A program made the translations under genes and the position numbers. Of a DNA stretch of 64,000 bases, positions 50,415 through 59,298 are shown piece by piece; position 1 is the first letter of the stretch; each line of letters opens with the position of its first letter. This DNA comes from an uncultured Gammaproteobacteria bacterium (lineage in GTDB: Bacteria > Patescibacteriota > Microgenomatia > UBA1406 > HO2-37-13b), in the NCBI GenBank assembly GCA_964422025.1, contig CAYQYZ010000005.1, positions 2,743-66,742 on the forward strand, in the 5' to 3' direction. The notes beneath the pieces were generated by a model, which saw nothing but the letters and a program-made list of their open reading frames with translations, was not told the origin of the DNA and ran no database searches.

Positions 50415-51151
50415 AATCTTTCTTTCCCTACCAACCACATGAACTTCACCAACCGCAGTTGTCGCCAAATTCTTCTGGGCTGGCGCACAAGCCGGAATAA
50501 CCACTCAAATCCGGCCTTCTGTATCCACTTGGGTGCACGGGCAATATTTCCCGATAAAAAGTCAAAAGCTCCCCCAACCCCCATTACTACCATTCCAGCA
50601 AATAGCTTGCTATGACGTTCTATCCATAATTCTTGGGCTGGGGAGCCGTAGGCCACGAATACCATATGTGGCTTTGTAGCAGCAACTATAGAAGCAATCT
50701 CAGCTTCTTCCACATCCGTTGGTCGTGCGATATTAGCAATTCCTGTTGTGCCTGTAAATTCAATGCCTGAAAAAGCTTCCTTTTGGCACTCAATTACCTT
50801 GTCTGCTACTTTATCACCTCCACCGATTAGTAGTACTCGTAAGCGTCTGTTGTGAGCCTCTTTGAGCAAGTCCGACATCAAATCAACCCCACTGTACCGG
50901 TCACCAACGGGAATTGAGCACAGTTTTGCAGCAACGATAACTCCTATACCATCAAGAATACGCATTTGGGCCTCTGTGGCGACCTTTTTAAACTCCCAAT
51001 TAGTCGTTGTGAGCACAAAATTCTCGGGATTTAACGATACTACATGGAAAAATCTTTTGGTTTCAAAAATGTTTTTAATAATTTTCTCTCGGATAGCGCT
51101 TTTTGACTCGGTTGGAATTGGTATCCCGAGGAGATGATTTTTAGATTGCAT
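50405..51151 (-). CDS. WecB/TagA/CpsF-family glycosyltransferase
   Basis: GVDLM..L...A..........LLGG......A, VFVAYGSPAQELWI and EWLFRL..QPRR.WR patterns. Confidence 0.8.
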   Translation of the reverse strand: MQSKNHLLGIPIPTESKSAIREKIIKNIFETKRFFHVVSLNPENFVLTTTNWEFKKVATEAQMRILDGIGVIVAAKLCSIPVGDRYSGVDLMSDLLKEAHNRRLRVLLIGGGDKVADKVIECQKEAFSGIEFTGTTGIANIARPTDVEEAEIASIVAATKPHMVFVAYGSPAQELWIERHSKLFAGMVVMGVGGAFDFLSGNIARAPKWIQKAGFEWLFRLVRQPRRIWRQLRLVKFMWLVGKERLSF

Positions 51152-51400
51152 AAAGTTTATTTGTATAGGTTTATATTAAACACAAGGGCTTCCTGATATT
51201 TGGGTACTTTGTTCAACTTATTTGAACACTATTGTTTTACTTTTATCTTGTCTTAAAAGGTTGATACTACTATTAACTTAATATGAAGGATTTTTCAACC
51301 TTACATATATATTATACTCTACGGCTATTTCCAGTTTACTCATTTACACCTCTATCCGAGCGCTTTTAAAACGCCTTCAAGGACGTTGCTTTCTTATAAG

Positions 51401-52408
51401 CTATCTTACAGCATCTCTAAAGCTATCTAGGTTCTCAATTGCCATTCCAACCCCTCGAATTACGCAAAATAATGGCTCTTCGGCGACAAAAGCAGCTACT
51501 CCAATTTTATTTGTAAAGTATTTGTCAATGTTGTGTAAAAGTGACGTTCCTCCGGAAAGCACGATTCCACGATCGACAATGTCGGAAGCTAGTTCCGGCG
51601 GCGTTTGGGAGAGAACTTCTTTCACTCCATCAAGGATATTTTTGAGCGGTTTTTGAAGTGCTTCTGAAAGATCAGCCTCGCTAATATCAACAATCCGTGG
51701 CAAACCCGACTGAAAGTCGCGACCGCGGACTTCATACATACGAGTATCTTTTGCTTCGTCTAGGTATGCATTCCCTATTTTCATTTTCACTTCTTCAGCA
51801 GTTCGTTCCCCGATAATCAGATTGTGCGTTTTACGCAGATGATTAATAATTGCTTCGTCGATCTTGGTGCCGGCTCCTCGGACGCTTTTATACACCACGA
51901 GCTGACCAAGGGATATAATGGCGATTTCAGCCGTACCACCGCCCAAGTTAATAATCATATTGCCCGAAGCCTGAGAAATAGGCACCTTGGCTCCTATGGC
52001 CGCAGCCAGAGGCTCTTCCATAAGATATACTTCAGATGCCCCAGCATTTTTACAGGCACTTACCACCGCTCGCTTTTCAACTTGCGTCGATCCTCCGGGA
52101 ATTGAAATCATCAAATCAATGCCGCCCCAGCTGGTACCACCAATGGCTTTCTTAATAAAGTAGCTTATCATGGCCTCAGTCACTGTGTAATCAGCAATAA
52201 CGCCTTCCCTAAGCGGGCGAGCAGCTACAATGGTTCCTGGAGTTCGGCCCAGCATTTCACGCGCATCTTCGCCTACTGCCAAAATTTGTTTGCTTTGCAG
52301 CGAATACGCAACAACCGTGGGCTCATTCAGAACGATTCCTTTTCCCACTACATATACTAATGTGTTTGCGGTCCCTAAATCGATGCCAATTTTCTTGCGA
52401 AAGTTCAT
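51401..52408 (-). CDS. mreB: Rod-shape-determining actin homolog MreB
   Basis: IGIDLGTANTLVYV, PLREGVIAD, NLGGGTAEIAIISLG and LSGGTSLL motifs. Confidence 0.95.
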   Translation of the reverse strand: MNFRKKIGIDLGTANTLVYVVGKGIVLNEPTVVAYSLQSKQILAVGEDAREMLGRTPGTIVAARPLREGVIADYTVTEAMISYFIKKAIGGTSWGGIDLMISIPGGSTQVEKRAVVSACKNAGASEVYLMEEPLAAAIGAKVPISQASGNMIINLGGGTAEIAIISLGQLVVYKSVRGAGTKIDEAIINHLRKTHNLIIGERTAEEVKMKIGNAYLDEAKDTRMYEVRGRDFQSGLPRIVDISEADLSEALQKPLKNILDGVKEVLSQTPPELASDIVDRGIVLSGGTSLLHNIDKYFTNKIGVAAFVAEEPLFCVIRGVGMAIENLDSFRDAVR

Positions 52409-52556
52409 AAAACGTTAGATGATATCTTATGATACATTTATATTATAATAAGATAGGTTAAAAAGAGCTAATTTAGACCATTATACCATGCCGGAATGGG
52501 TATTTTTAGCGAACTATGGACAATACTTAAAGCATGCGAATCATATTCAACCTAGT

Positions 52557-52640
52557 ACGGCGCGAGATATCTGTTTGGAGACGAGTTGAAGCGTGAAGCA
52601 ACTCTTCACTCGAGTCGACAAACACGATATCGAGCGGAGT
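52557..52640. repeat. Family-2 MITE-like element, identical to 20037-20120
   Basis: 84/84 identity by direct comparison. Followed 7 nt later by a family-1 copy. Confidence 0.9.
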
Positions 52641-52647
52641 AAAGGAT

Positions 52648-52675
52648 GGAGATTCTTCGCTGCGCTCAGAATGAC
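52648..52675. repeat. Family-1 repeat (reverse orientation)
   Basis: ggagattcttcgctgcgctcagaatgac. Confidence 0.85.
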
Positions 52676-52679
52676 ACTA

Positions 52680-52688
52680 TGATACAAT
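52680..52688 (+). promoter_or_regulatory. Extended -10 promoter; the predicted TSS coincides with the ATG at 52695
   Basis: TGATACAAT, 6 nt, ATG. No good -35. Confidence 0.45.
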
Positions 52689-52694
52689 TAGTAC

Positions 52695-53999
52695 ATGTTC
52701 TCGAAAGTTGTGATACGGTTTATTTTAGCCATCGTCTTCGGCATCGCCTTTATTCTTATTGTCGGTTATGCCCGTGGGTATCGTCTTAATTTCGGCAAAC
52801 AAGAAGTTACTTCTACGGGAATTTTAGTTGCTACTTCTTCACCGGACGCTGCCAAGATATATATTAATGGAGAATTATACGGTGTAACGAATTCCAATAT
52901 TACCCTCCCCCCGGGCGATTACCATGTAGAGCTTAAAAAAGAAGGGTATTCCACATGGGGTACTGATTTAAAGTTGAAAGGAGAACTGGTTATGCGAGCA
53001 GACGGCATTTTGTTTCCCCAAAACCCTTCACTCTCGCCGCTTACCTCACTTGGGATAGTAAAAGCTTTCTATTACGAGAAATCAAATAATGTCATTTTAC
53101 TTGCCGACTCCGGAGAAGCCACCGATGTTCCGGCTGAGCTTGCAAAAGATGGCATATACTTCCTCGATAACGCTCGACGCCAACTTTCACTCTTCAACCC
53201 ACTTAAGTTGCTTGTGGCTAAGAAATTATTTCCCGCAGGGGTTGATTTTGCTAATGCTACAATTTCAATGTCACCTGACCAAAAAGAGATGCTGTTTGAA
53301 GTAGGGACTCGAACCTATTTGCTCTCAACAACCGAAGAGACTACCGATCTTATTGATGTAACTCGGTCCCGAGAAGCCGTGCTCGCTGTATGGAAAACAA
53401 AGCGGGAAGCAGACTTGAAAAAGGTGCTAGAAACGTTCAAAAAGCCATTCCCACTAATCGCAAGTACATCATTTGACATCATTAGCTTCTCGCCCGACGA
53501 AATCAAAATTTTGTACGTTGCTAAGCAAGATGTGAGTATTCCGAAGATCTTGAACCCCGGCTTGGTTTCCATAAATCAACGTCCACAGACACGCGACATT
53601 AAAGTCGGGCATGTGTATATTTATGACAAAAAGGAAGACACGAATTATGAACTGACCCCGCCCCAATCGATTGCTGATCTAATAACAAACGTTCCGGTCA
53701 ATCTGATTCCTTCACCGGCTACAACAATTGCGGTACCTTTGGATCTGGGAACGAGCCAAAATATAACCGCGCTTGCTTCGAAATTAATCTGGTACCCCGA
53801 TAGCAAGCATATCATTATGAGAGAAACAAACAAAATTACGATTGTTGACTACGACAATTCAAATAAACAGACAGTGTATTCAGGTCCAATCGTAAGCGAT
53901 TTCATTAGCATAACAACCGATGGTCGCCTGCTTATTTTAGCCAATTTGAACCCTCAAACGAATAAACTTCCGGACGTGTACGCAGTGGGAATTCGATAA
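52695..53999 (+). CDS. PEGA-domain membrane-anchored protein with a large C-terminal domain
   Basis: TM helix; SSPDAAKIYINGELYGVTNSNITLPPGDYHVELKKEGYSTW is a PEGA pattern. Confidence 0.65.
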   Translation: MFSKVVIRFILAIVFGIAFILIVGYARGYRLNFGKQEVTSTGILVATSSPDAAKIYINGELYGVTNSNITLPPGDYHVELKKEGYSTWGTDLKLKGELVMRADGILFPQNPSLSPLTSLGIVKAFYYEKSNNVILLADSGEATDVPAELAKDGIYFLDNARRQLSLFNPLKLLVAKKLFPAGVDFANATISMSPDQKEMLFEVGTRTYLLSTTEETTDLIDVTRSREAVLAVWKTKREADLKKVLETFKKPFPLIASTSFDIISFSPDEIKILYVAKQDVSIPKILNPGLVSINQRPQTRDIKVGHVYIYDKKEDTNYELTPPQSIADLITNVPVNLIPSPATTIAVPLDLGTSQNITALASKLIWYPDSKHIIMRETNKITIVDYDNSNKQTVYSGPIVSDFISITTDGRLLILANLNPQTNKLPDVYAVGIR

Positions 54000-54695
54000 T
54001 TATTCAACCTCACGCTTTGCGAATATCAAGAGTCTTTGGAGTGTGGTTCCCGGAGGCCAACATGTTTGAAGCGTTAAGAATTCCCCATCGGTCTTGCGCG
54101 TTAGGTACTCAACTTCTGAAGGATCAACTACTTGTTGCCCAACAACTTTGTATGTAAAACGCTTGCCCTTATAAAAAACATTTACTTCGTCGTCATTCCT
54201 AAGCTTGTAAAGTAGATAGAAGACCGCATTGTACTGAGAGACGTTCCAGAAATAATCGGTTGAATGAGCAAACAAGAATATGTGCCCGTTTTCTCCCGGG
54301 AAACTACTGTTGGCCGCATGAGCCACTCCCCTCTTTAATACTTCCAGGTATTCTTCTTCATCAGCAGCATTCACGTTCGGTAAAATTCTTGCATTTGCTG
54401 CAATTGCTGGAATAACAATGCTAAAGTCCGGATCTTTCGGTTGAATAAGCTGCACCTTGTTATTACGAACCAGATCCGCAAGTTTTCCTTTGGCTGAAAG
54501 GTCTCGAGCTTCTGGTGAATCGGACAGCAAGTACTGTTTGCCGCTCAATTTATCGAAATAATACGCAATTTCTCCTCGAACAGGCTCGTAAAAAGTCTTT
54601 ATCATAGTAAAGAGCGAGAAAAGTATGAGGAAATTTCCAATTGTACGCAGCGTGAGCACCCGCAAAAAATCAGGGTGTTTATGAGGATATTGCAT
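54000..54695 (-). CDS. Sortase family transpeptidase
   Basis: TLQTCWPPG (TLxTC) and upstream LFAHS histidine. N-terminal TM anchor. Confidence 0.85.
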   Translation of the reverse strand: MQYPHKHPDFLRVLTLRTIGNFLILFSLFTMIKTFYEPVRGEIAYYFDKLSGKQYLLSDSPEARDLSAKGKLADLVRNNKVQLIQPKDPDFSIVIPAIAANARILPNVNAADEEEYLEVLKRGVAHAANSSFPGENGHIFLFAHSTDYFWNVSQYNAVFYLLYKLRNDDEVNVFYKGKRFTYKVVGQQVVDPSEVEYLTRKTDGEFLTLQTCWPPGTTLQRLLIFAKREVE

Positions 54696-54763
54696 GAGAA
54701 TTAGTATACAGGATTTGCAGGAAAAAATTCGATTTTGGTGTGATATAATAAACCGATAATAAT

Positions 54764-56173
54764 ATGCCTAATCCGAACGAATCTTTTAAAAATGCCTCTA
54801 TGGAAGTGCTCGCGCGCGAAATGAGTAACGCTTATCCCTGGTATCCTTTAAGACCTATAGATAGGCAACCAGGTTTATTTGAAGCTCACCCTCGATTACT
54901 AGGAGCATCTGAGATTGACGATGTAATTAATTCGATAGTATCGAAAGATTTACGAAATGGAGTTTTTGCAAACGATTTGAGAGAACGAAATCAAAGTATG
55001 ATTGACGCTTCTGGAGGAAATATATCTATCGTGCTTGATGGAAGATCCGGAAGTATTTATGAGGGCTCAGCCCCAACAGAAGGATATTTAGGAGACGTCG
55101 TGGAAGGTGCGAGCGTTATTAGCGCGCTATCAGATTTAGGTGCAAATGTTACTGTTTTTACCCCTCATATTGGTACCATAACTTCTGACGAGTCTCGAGG
55201 AATCCATGTAGAAGGCCTCCCTATTGATATGCCACATCAGCCTCATTATCCTTGGACTCCACAGACATTGAAGTTCATACATGACACAAATCCCGATTCG
55301 GCAATTTTCTTTCCACTAAACGCAGCTTTGCCAAACTTAATATCTACCAATGATCGTGGTGAAATACTGAATATAAGAGATTTACAAGAAATAAGATTGG
55401 CCATATTTGGAAAGACAGGAGTATTTGACGCCGATCAAGAACGACTTCGAACGATAATAAAAGAATCGGTATGGTCGAAAAGGGGCTTGCACCAACTACA
55501 AGCCTTGCAAGTTTCGCTACATCTTCTTGGATTTGATTTAGATGCTCACGTGCAAACTCTGCCCGAGTCCTATCTTCGCCCGAGTCCTCAAGCTCAGCAA
55601 CACGCCAGAGCTCTTAGTCAAGAACTTTTTAGAGATAGAACCTCGTCAGAAGACGGAGTTCCCTTATTTGTTCACATTGGAGTTGCTACTGGAAGCCATA
55701 AAGTGGACTCGAAATATTATCCAATGAAGCACTGGAAGGAAGTGATGGGACAATTAAGCACAGAAGGACTCCCAATAAGCGGCACCATTTTCTTTATTCC
55801 AAGTGATAAAAAACAAGCCCAAGACACTATGGAAATAGCGCAAATAGCTCAAGCAAATGGCCAACGAGTTGCGTATATGCCCGAGCAGGCATTGGCATCA
55901 CGATATGGATGGTCGCTAGGTACATTTATATCGTTCCTTCAACAACTCTCTGCCCATGAAGGAGTAGTGCTCGGCTGTGACAGTATGCCTGTTCACGCCG
56001 CCGCAGCAACAGGTAATCGAACTGTGGTAATAGGTAATCGTGCTTTTAATCCGGCCTTTTACGCGCCACGCGCTGCTACTATGGTACTTCCTAGCGAATC
56101 ATTATTCACAAGCAGTATAGAACCAAGTCAAGTAGTAAGAGCTGTTGCACATTCAGTTTATAACAAAAAATAA
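54764..56173 (+). CDS. Glycosyltransferase family 9-like protein with an unassigned N-terminal half
   Basis: C-terminal GCDSMPVHAAAATGNRTVVIG resembles the heptosyltransferase (GT9) signature. Confidence 0.5.
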   Translation: MPNPNESFKNASMEVLAREMSNAYPWYPLRPIDRQPGLFEAHPRLLGASEIDDVINSIVSKDLRNGVFANDLRERNQSMIDASGGNISIVLDGRSGSIYEGSAPTEGYLGDVVEGASVISALSDLGANVTVFTPHIGTITSDESRGIHVEGLPIDMPHQPHYPWTPQTLKFIHDTNPDSAIFFPLNAALPNLISTNDRGEILNIRDLQEIRLAIFGKTGVFDADQERLRTIIKESVWSKRGLHQLQALQVSLHLLGFDLDAHVQTLPESYLRPSPQAQQHARALSQELFRDRTSSEDGVPLFVHIGVATGSHKVDSKYYPMKHWKEVMGQLSTEGLPISGTIFFIPSDKKQAQDTMEIAQIAQANGQRVAYMPEQALASRYGWSLGTFISFLQQLSAHEGVVLGCDSMPVHAAAATGNRTVVIGNRAFNPAFYAPRAATMVLPSESLFTSSIEPSQVVRAVAHSVYNKK

Positions 56174-56178
56174 GAATA

Positions 56179-57345
56179 CTATATCGTCTTATTAACAATA
56201 ATTATTTTGGACACCGCTGCTTCTAGATCTTCTTTCGTATGACTTGCAGATGGAATCAGCCGAATTCGTGCAGTTCCCTGTGGAACCATAGGAAATTTAA
56301 TTGCACTTGCAAAGATTCCTTCATTAAAAAGCTCGGACGCGAATTTTACTGCACGATCTTCGTCACCCAACATGATTGGAGTTATGGGTGATTCAGATTT
56401 ACCTGTGTCAAAGCCGGCATCTTTAAGAGCAGATTTTAGATAATTGGCATTTTCCCACAGTTTCTTTACTAGCTCATCGGATTCACTCAGGATTTTTACT
56501 CCTTCAAGAACGGCAGCTGTATCAGGAATCGTTAGCGCATTCGAAAAAAGAAACTGACGTGCCTTTTGTCGGTATAAGCTAATAAGAGATTTATTTCCTG
56601 CAACGAATCCTCCCATTACTGAAAATGCTTTAGAAAGGGTGCCGACTTCAATATCTACACGTCCGTGGAGTTTGAAATGATCCACAATTCCCCGCCCGCC
56701 GTTACCAAGAACTCCTTCTCCATGAGCATCGTCGACCATGACGATTGCATCAAATTTCTCTGCGAGCTCGACTATTTGTGGAAGCGGTGCCAAATCACCA
56801 TCCATTGAAAACACGCCATCAGTAACAATGAGGATTTTTTGATTAGCACCTAGATCCTTCACTTCGTTCAGGATGACTTCGAGATGTTTCATGTCACCAT
56901 GCTTGTAAATAAACTTATTTTTAACGCCCGACAATTTTACCGCGTCAATAATTGACGCATGATTGAGTTCATCGGAAATTATGACATCGTCTTTTGCCAT
57001 AATCGTTTGAATGGCAGCACAATTTGCCATGTACCCACCGGTGAAAATGACTGCATCTTCGGTTCCTTTAAAGTCGGCAAGAGCTCGCTCGAGTTGTACG
57101 TGGAGAGTATGGGTACCAGCAAGCGTTCGGTAACCAGTAGCGATTCCATATTGATCTATAGCCGCTTTTGCAGCAGCAGTCACACGCGGGTTTACTCCTA
57201 GTCCAAGGTAATGGCTGGAGCATAAATTGAGGAGTTTTTTTCCATCAACGGTTAAATATGCACCCTGGCTGGAATCAATAATCCTGGGCGCAGGAGCAGC
57301 AGCATTAAAATTTTCCTCTAAGAATGTTGCTAGTTTGTTGTTCAT
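56179..57345 (-). CDS. kbl: 2-amino-3-ketobutyrate CoA ligase (glycine C-acetyltransferase)
   Basis: Alpha-oxoamine synthase patterns (NHASIID, DDAHGEG, TLSKAF). ATGA start/stop overlap with tdh. Start set at MNNKLATF. Confidence 0.85.
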   Translation of the reverse strand: MNNKLATFLEENFNAAAPAPRIIDSSQGAYLTVDGKKLLNLCSSHYLGLGVNPRVTAAAKAAIDQYGIATGYRTLAGTHTLHVQLERALADFKGTEDAVIFTGGYMANCAAIQTIMAKDDVIISDELNHASIIDAVKLSGVKNKFIYKHGDMKHLEVILNEVKDLGANQKILIVTDGVFSMDGDLAPLPQIVELAEKFDAIVMVDDAHGEGVLGNGGRGIVDHFKLHGRVDIEVGTLSKAFSVMGGFVAGNKSLISLYRQKARQFLFSNALTIPDTAAVLEGVKILSESDELVKKLWENANYLKSALKDAGFDTGKSESPITPIMLGDEDRAVKFASELFNEGIFASAIKFPMVPQGTARIRLIPSASHTKEDLEAAVSKIIIVNKTI

Positions 57346-58370
57346 ACTTCCAAAAGTACCTTTCCACATTCTCCGCTCATCATCACCTTCATCGCTTCTT
57401 CAAAATCAGCCAACTTAAACCGATGTGTAATAATTTTTGTTAAGTCAATTTTACCGGACGTGAGTAAATCAGATGTCTGATACCACGTTTCCCAAATTCG
57501 ACGGCCGAATACAGAATCAATCGAAAGTTCTTTATTGATCAAATATTTACCCCAATTTAACGTTATATCAGCTTTGGGAATACCAAACGCAATTATCTTT
57601 CCGGCAATACGAGCAGCATCGAACGCAATTTGGATACCTGCCTGCGAGCCACTCATTTCAGCAACGACGTCGAACGTGTCGTTTTCTGCATCAGGAAGTT
57701 TTTCAAGAACCCGATCAAATCCAACGTTTTTTGCTAGCTCTCTACGGTATTCTCCACGATTAATTCCCACAACCTCGCTTGCTCCATATGCCTTTGCAAC
57801 CATTCCCGCACATAACCCGGTTGGTCCAAGCCCAATTACCAATACTTTTTTACCCGCAACGTTTCCCTTAGTAATTACATGTACCGCATTTCCTAGTGGT
57901 TCGGCTACGCTCATGGCTTCAACAGGAATAGAAGGGTCATTTTTCCAGGTAGTTCGAATAGGAATCGTTGCATATTCTGCAAATCCCCCATTTCGTCCAA
58001 TACCAAAAAGTTCCATTTTTTCACAGACGTGAAGATTCCCTACTTTACATTGATAACAGTTTCCGCAATAAATATGTGTTTCTGAGGAAACAATGTCGCC
58101 AATACTCAGACCCTGTGATGTTTTTGTAGAAACAGAGTCGCCAATTTGAATAATTTTCCCAACTACTTCATGTCCGATGACAATAGGAGGAGTAATGTGC
58201 CCTGCTGCCCAGGGAGTCCAATTATAAATACCAATGTCAGTTCCACAAATCGAAGCATTTAAGACCTTAATAAGTACTTCATCATTTTTGGGAATCGGCA
58301 CGGGAATTTGTTTAATAACTACACCTGCTTCGGGCTTTTCTTTCACTACCGCTAACATAGTTTTTTGCAT
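57342..58370 (-). CDS. tdh: L-threonine 3-dehydrogenase (Zn-dependent MDR family)
   Basis: CGTD, GHEVVG and CGNCYQCKVGNLHVC structural-zinc motifs. Translationally coupled to kbl. Confidence 0.85.
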   Translation of the reverse strand: MQKTMLAVVKEKPEAGVVIKQIPVPIPKNDEVLIKVLNASICGTDIGIYNWTPWAAGHITPPIVIGHEVVGKIIQIGDSVSTKTSQGLSIGDIVSSETHIYCGNCYQCKVGNLHVCEKMELFGIGRNGGFAEYATIPIRTTWKNDPSIPVEAMSVAEPLGNAVHVITKGNVAGKKVLVIGLGPTGLCAGMVAKAYGASEVVGINRGEYRRELAKNVGFDRVLEKLPDAENDTFDVVAEMSGSQAGIQIAFDAARIAGKIIAFGIPKADITLNWGKYLINKELSIDSVFGRRIWETWYQTSDLLTSGKIDLTKIITHRFKLADFEEAMKVMMSGECGKVLLEV

Positions 58371-58376
58371 AGAGCG

Positions 58377-58416
58377 ATTGTAAACCGTTTACAACAAAGT
58401 GTCAATATAGTATAGT
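58377..58416. promoter_or_regulatory. Interleaved divergent promoters in a 53-bp intergenic region; both appear leaderless
   Basis: Minus strand: TTGACA (58405-400), 17 nt, TACAAT (58382-377), 6 nt, ATG 58370. Plus strand: TTTACA (58388-93), 17 nt, TATAGT (58411-16), 7 nt, ATG 58424. Confidence 0.6.
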
Positions 58417-58423
58417 TATATCC

Positions 58424-59197
58424 ATGGTGAAAATGCCCTCTTTGAAACTTGATCAAAAATACCTGGTTCCTGTAAGTATTGGACTTGTTCTGCTTGTCGC
58501 ACTGGGTGTTTCGGGATTTTTTGTGTATCGATACAATTCGTTGAGAAATAATCTGACCATGGGTCAAAAAGCCACAGAAAAAGAAATTTCCGAGCTCGTT
58601 GAAACAGTGGGTAAAATCTATGAACTTCCCAAAGGAGAAACACCAACAGTTGCAACAGTAACTGATCCGGTTCAGTTAAAAAGCCAGCCATTCTTTGCAA
58701 GTGCCCAAATTGGCGACAAAGTATTGGTTTACATTAATGCTCGAAAAGGCGTGTTGTATCGACCAAGCACCAATCGGATTATTAACGTGTCCCCGATTAA
58801 TGTAAATAAGCAGGCAGTAACGCCGAGTCCGAGTGAAACTTCAAATCAAATTCCACAAACGGTACGAGTAGCCTTATACAATGGAACGGCAAAAAGTGGA
58901 TTGGCCAATCAGTTCGAAAAAACGCTTAAAGAAAAAGTTACAGACGTGCAATTTAATGTGGTAGCAAAAAGTAACGCTCAAAAAAGCGATTACAAACTTA
59001 CACAGGTTATCGATTTGAAAGGTGACTTAGATGAACAGGTCGTGCGTATTGCGGCTGCTATGGATGGTGAGAACTCAAAGTTACCTGCCGGTGAAACTGC
59101 CCCAAGTGTAGATGCTGATATTCTGATTATTATCGGCAGCGATTATACAAGCGCCACTTCTACTCCGAAAGCACTCCCAACCGCTTCTGCATTCTGA
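58424..59197 (+). CDS. Membrane-anchored protein with a LytR_C-like C-terminal domain
   Basis: TM helix; N-terminal module paralogous to 44052-44489; VRVALYNGTAKSGLANQFEKTL...VIDLKG resembles LytR_C. Confidence 0.6.
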   Translation: MVKMPSLKLDQKYLVPVSIGLVLLVALGVSGFFVYRYNSLRNNLTMGQKATEKEISELVETVGKIYELPKGETPTVATVTDPVQLKSQPFFASAQIGDKVLVYINARKGVLYRPSTNRIINVSPINVNKQAVTPSPSETSNQIPQTVRVALYNGTAKSGLANQFEKTLKEKVTDVQFNVVAKSNAQKSDYKLTQVIDLKGDLDEQVVRIAAAMDGENSKLPAGETAPSVDADILIIIGSDYTSATSTPKALPTASAF

Positions 59198-59219
59198 TTA
59201 GAATGCTATAATAATGCAA

Positions 59220-59291
59220 GTCCCGATAGTTCAACGGATAGAACAAGCCCGTCCTAAGGGTTAGATGGGGGTTCGATTCCCTCTCGGGACA
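59220..59291 (+). tRNA. tRNA-Arg(CCT)
   Basis: Acceptor GTCCCGA/TCGGGAC. Anticodon arm AGCCC-GTCCTAA-GGGTT. T-arm GGGGG-TTCGATT-CCCTC. TATAAT at 59207-59212. Confidence 0.85.
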
Positions 59292-59298
59292 CACCTTA

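Noticed and set aside
50214-50615. ORFs 50214-50615 (+) and 50238-50504 (-)
   Set aside because: They are translated from family-1, -2 and -3 repeat sequence and from the antisense of the TagA-family gene. They have no independent support.
59189-59206. Hairpin gcattctgattagaatgc, considered as another family-1 copy
   Set aside because: It shares only the ATTCTGA core. It more likely serves as a 3' stem-loop around the stop codon of 58424-59197, immediately upstream of the tRNA-Arg promoter.
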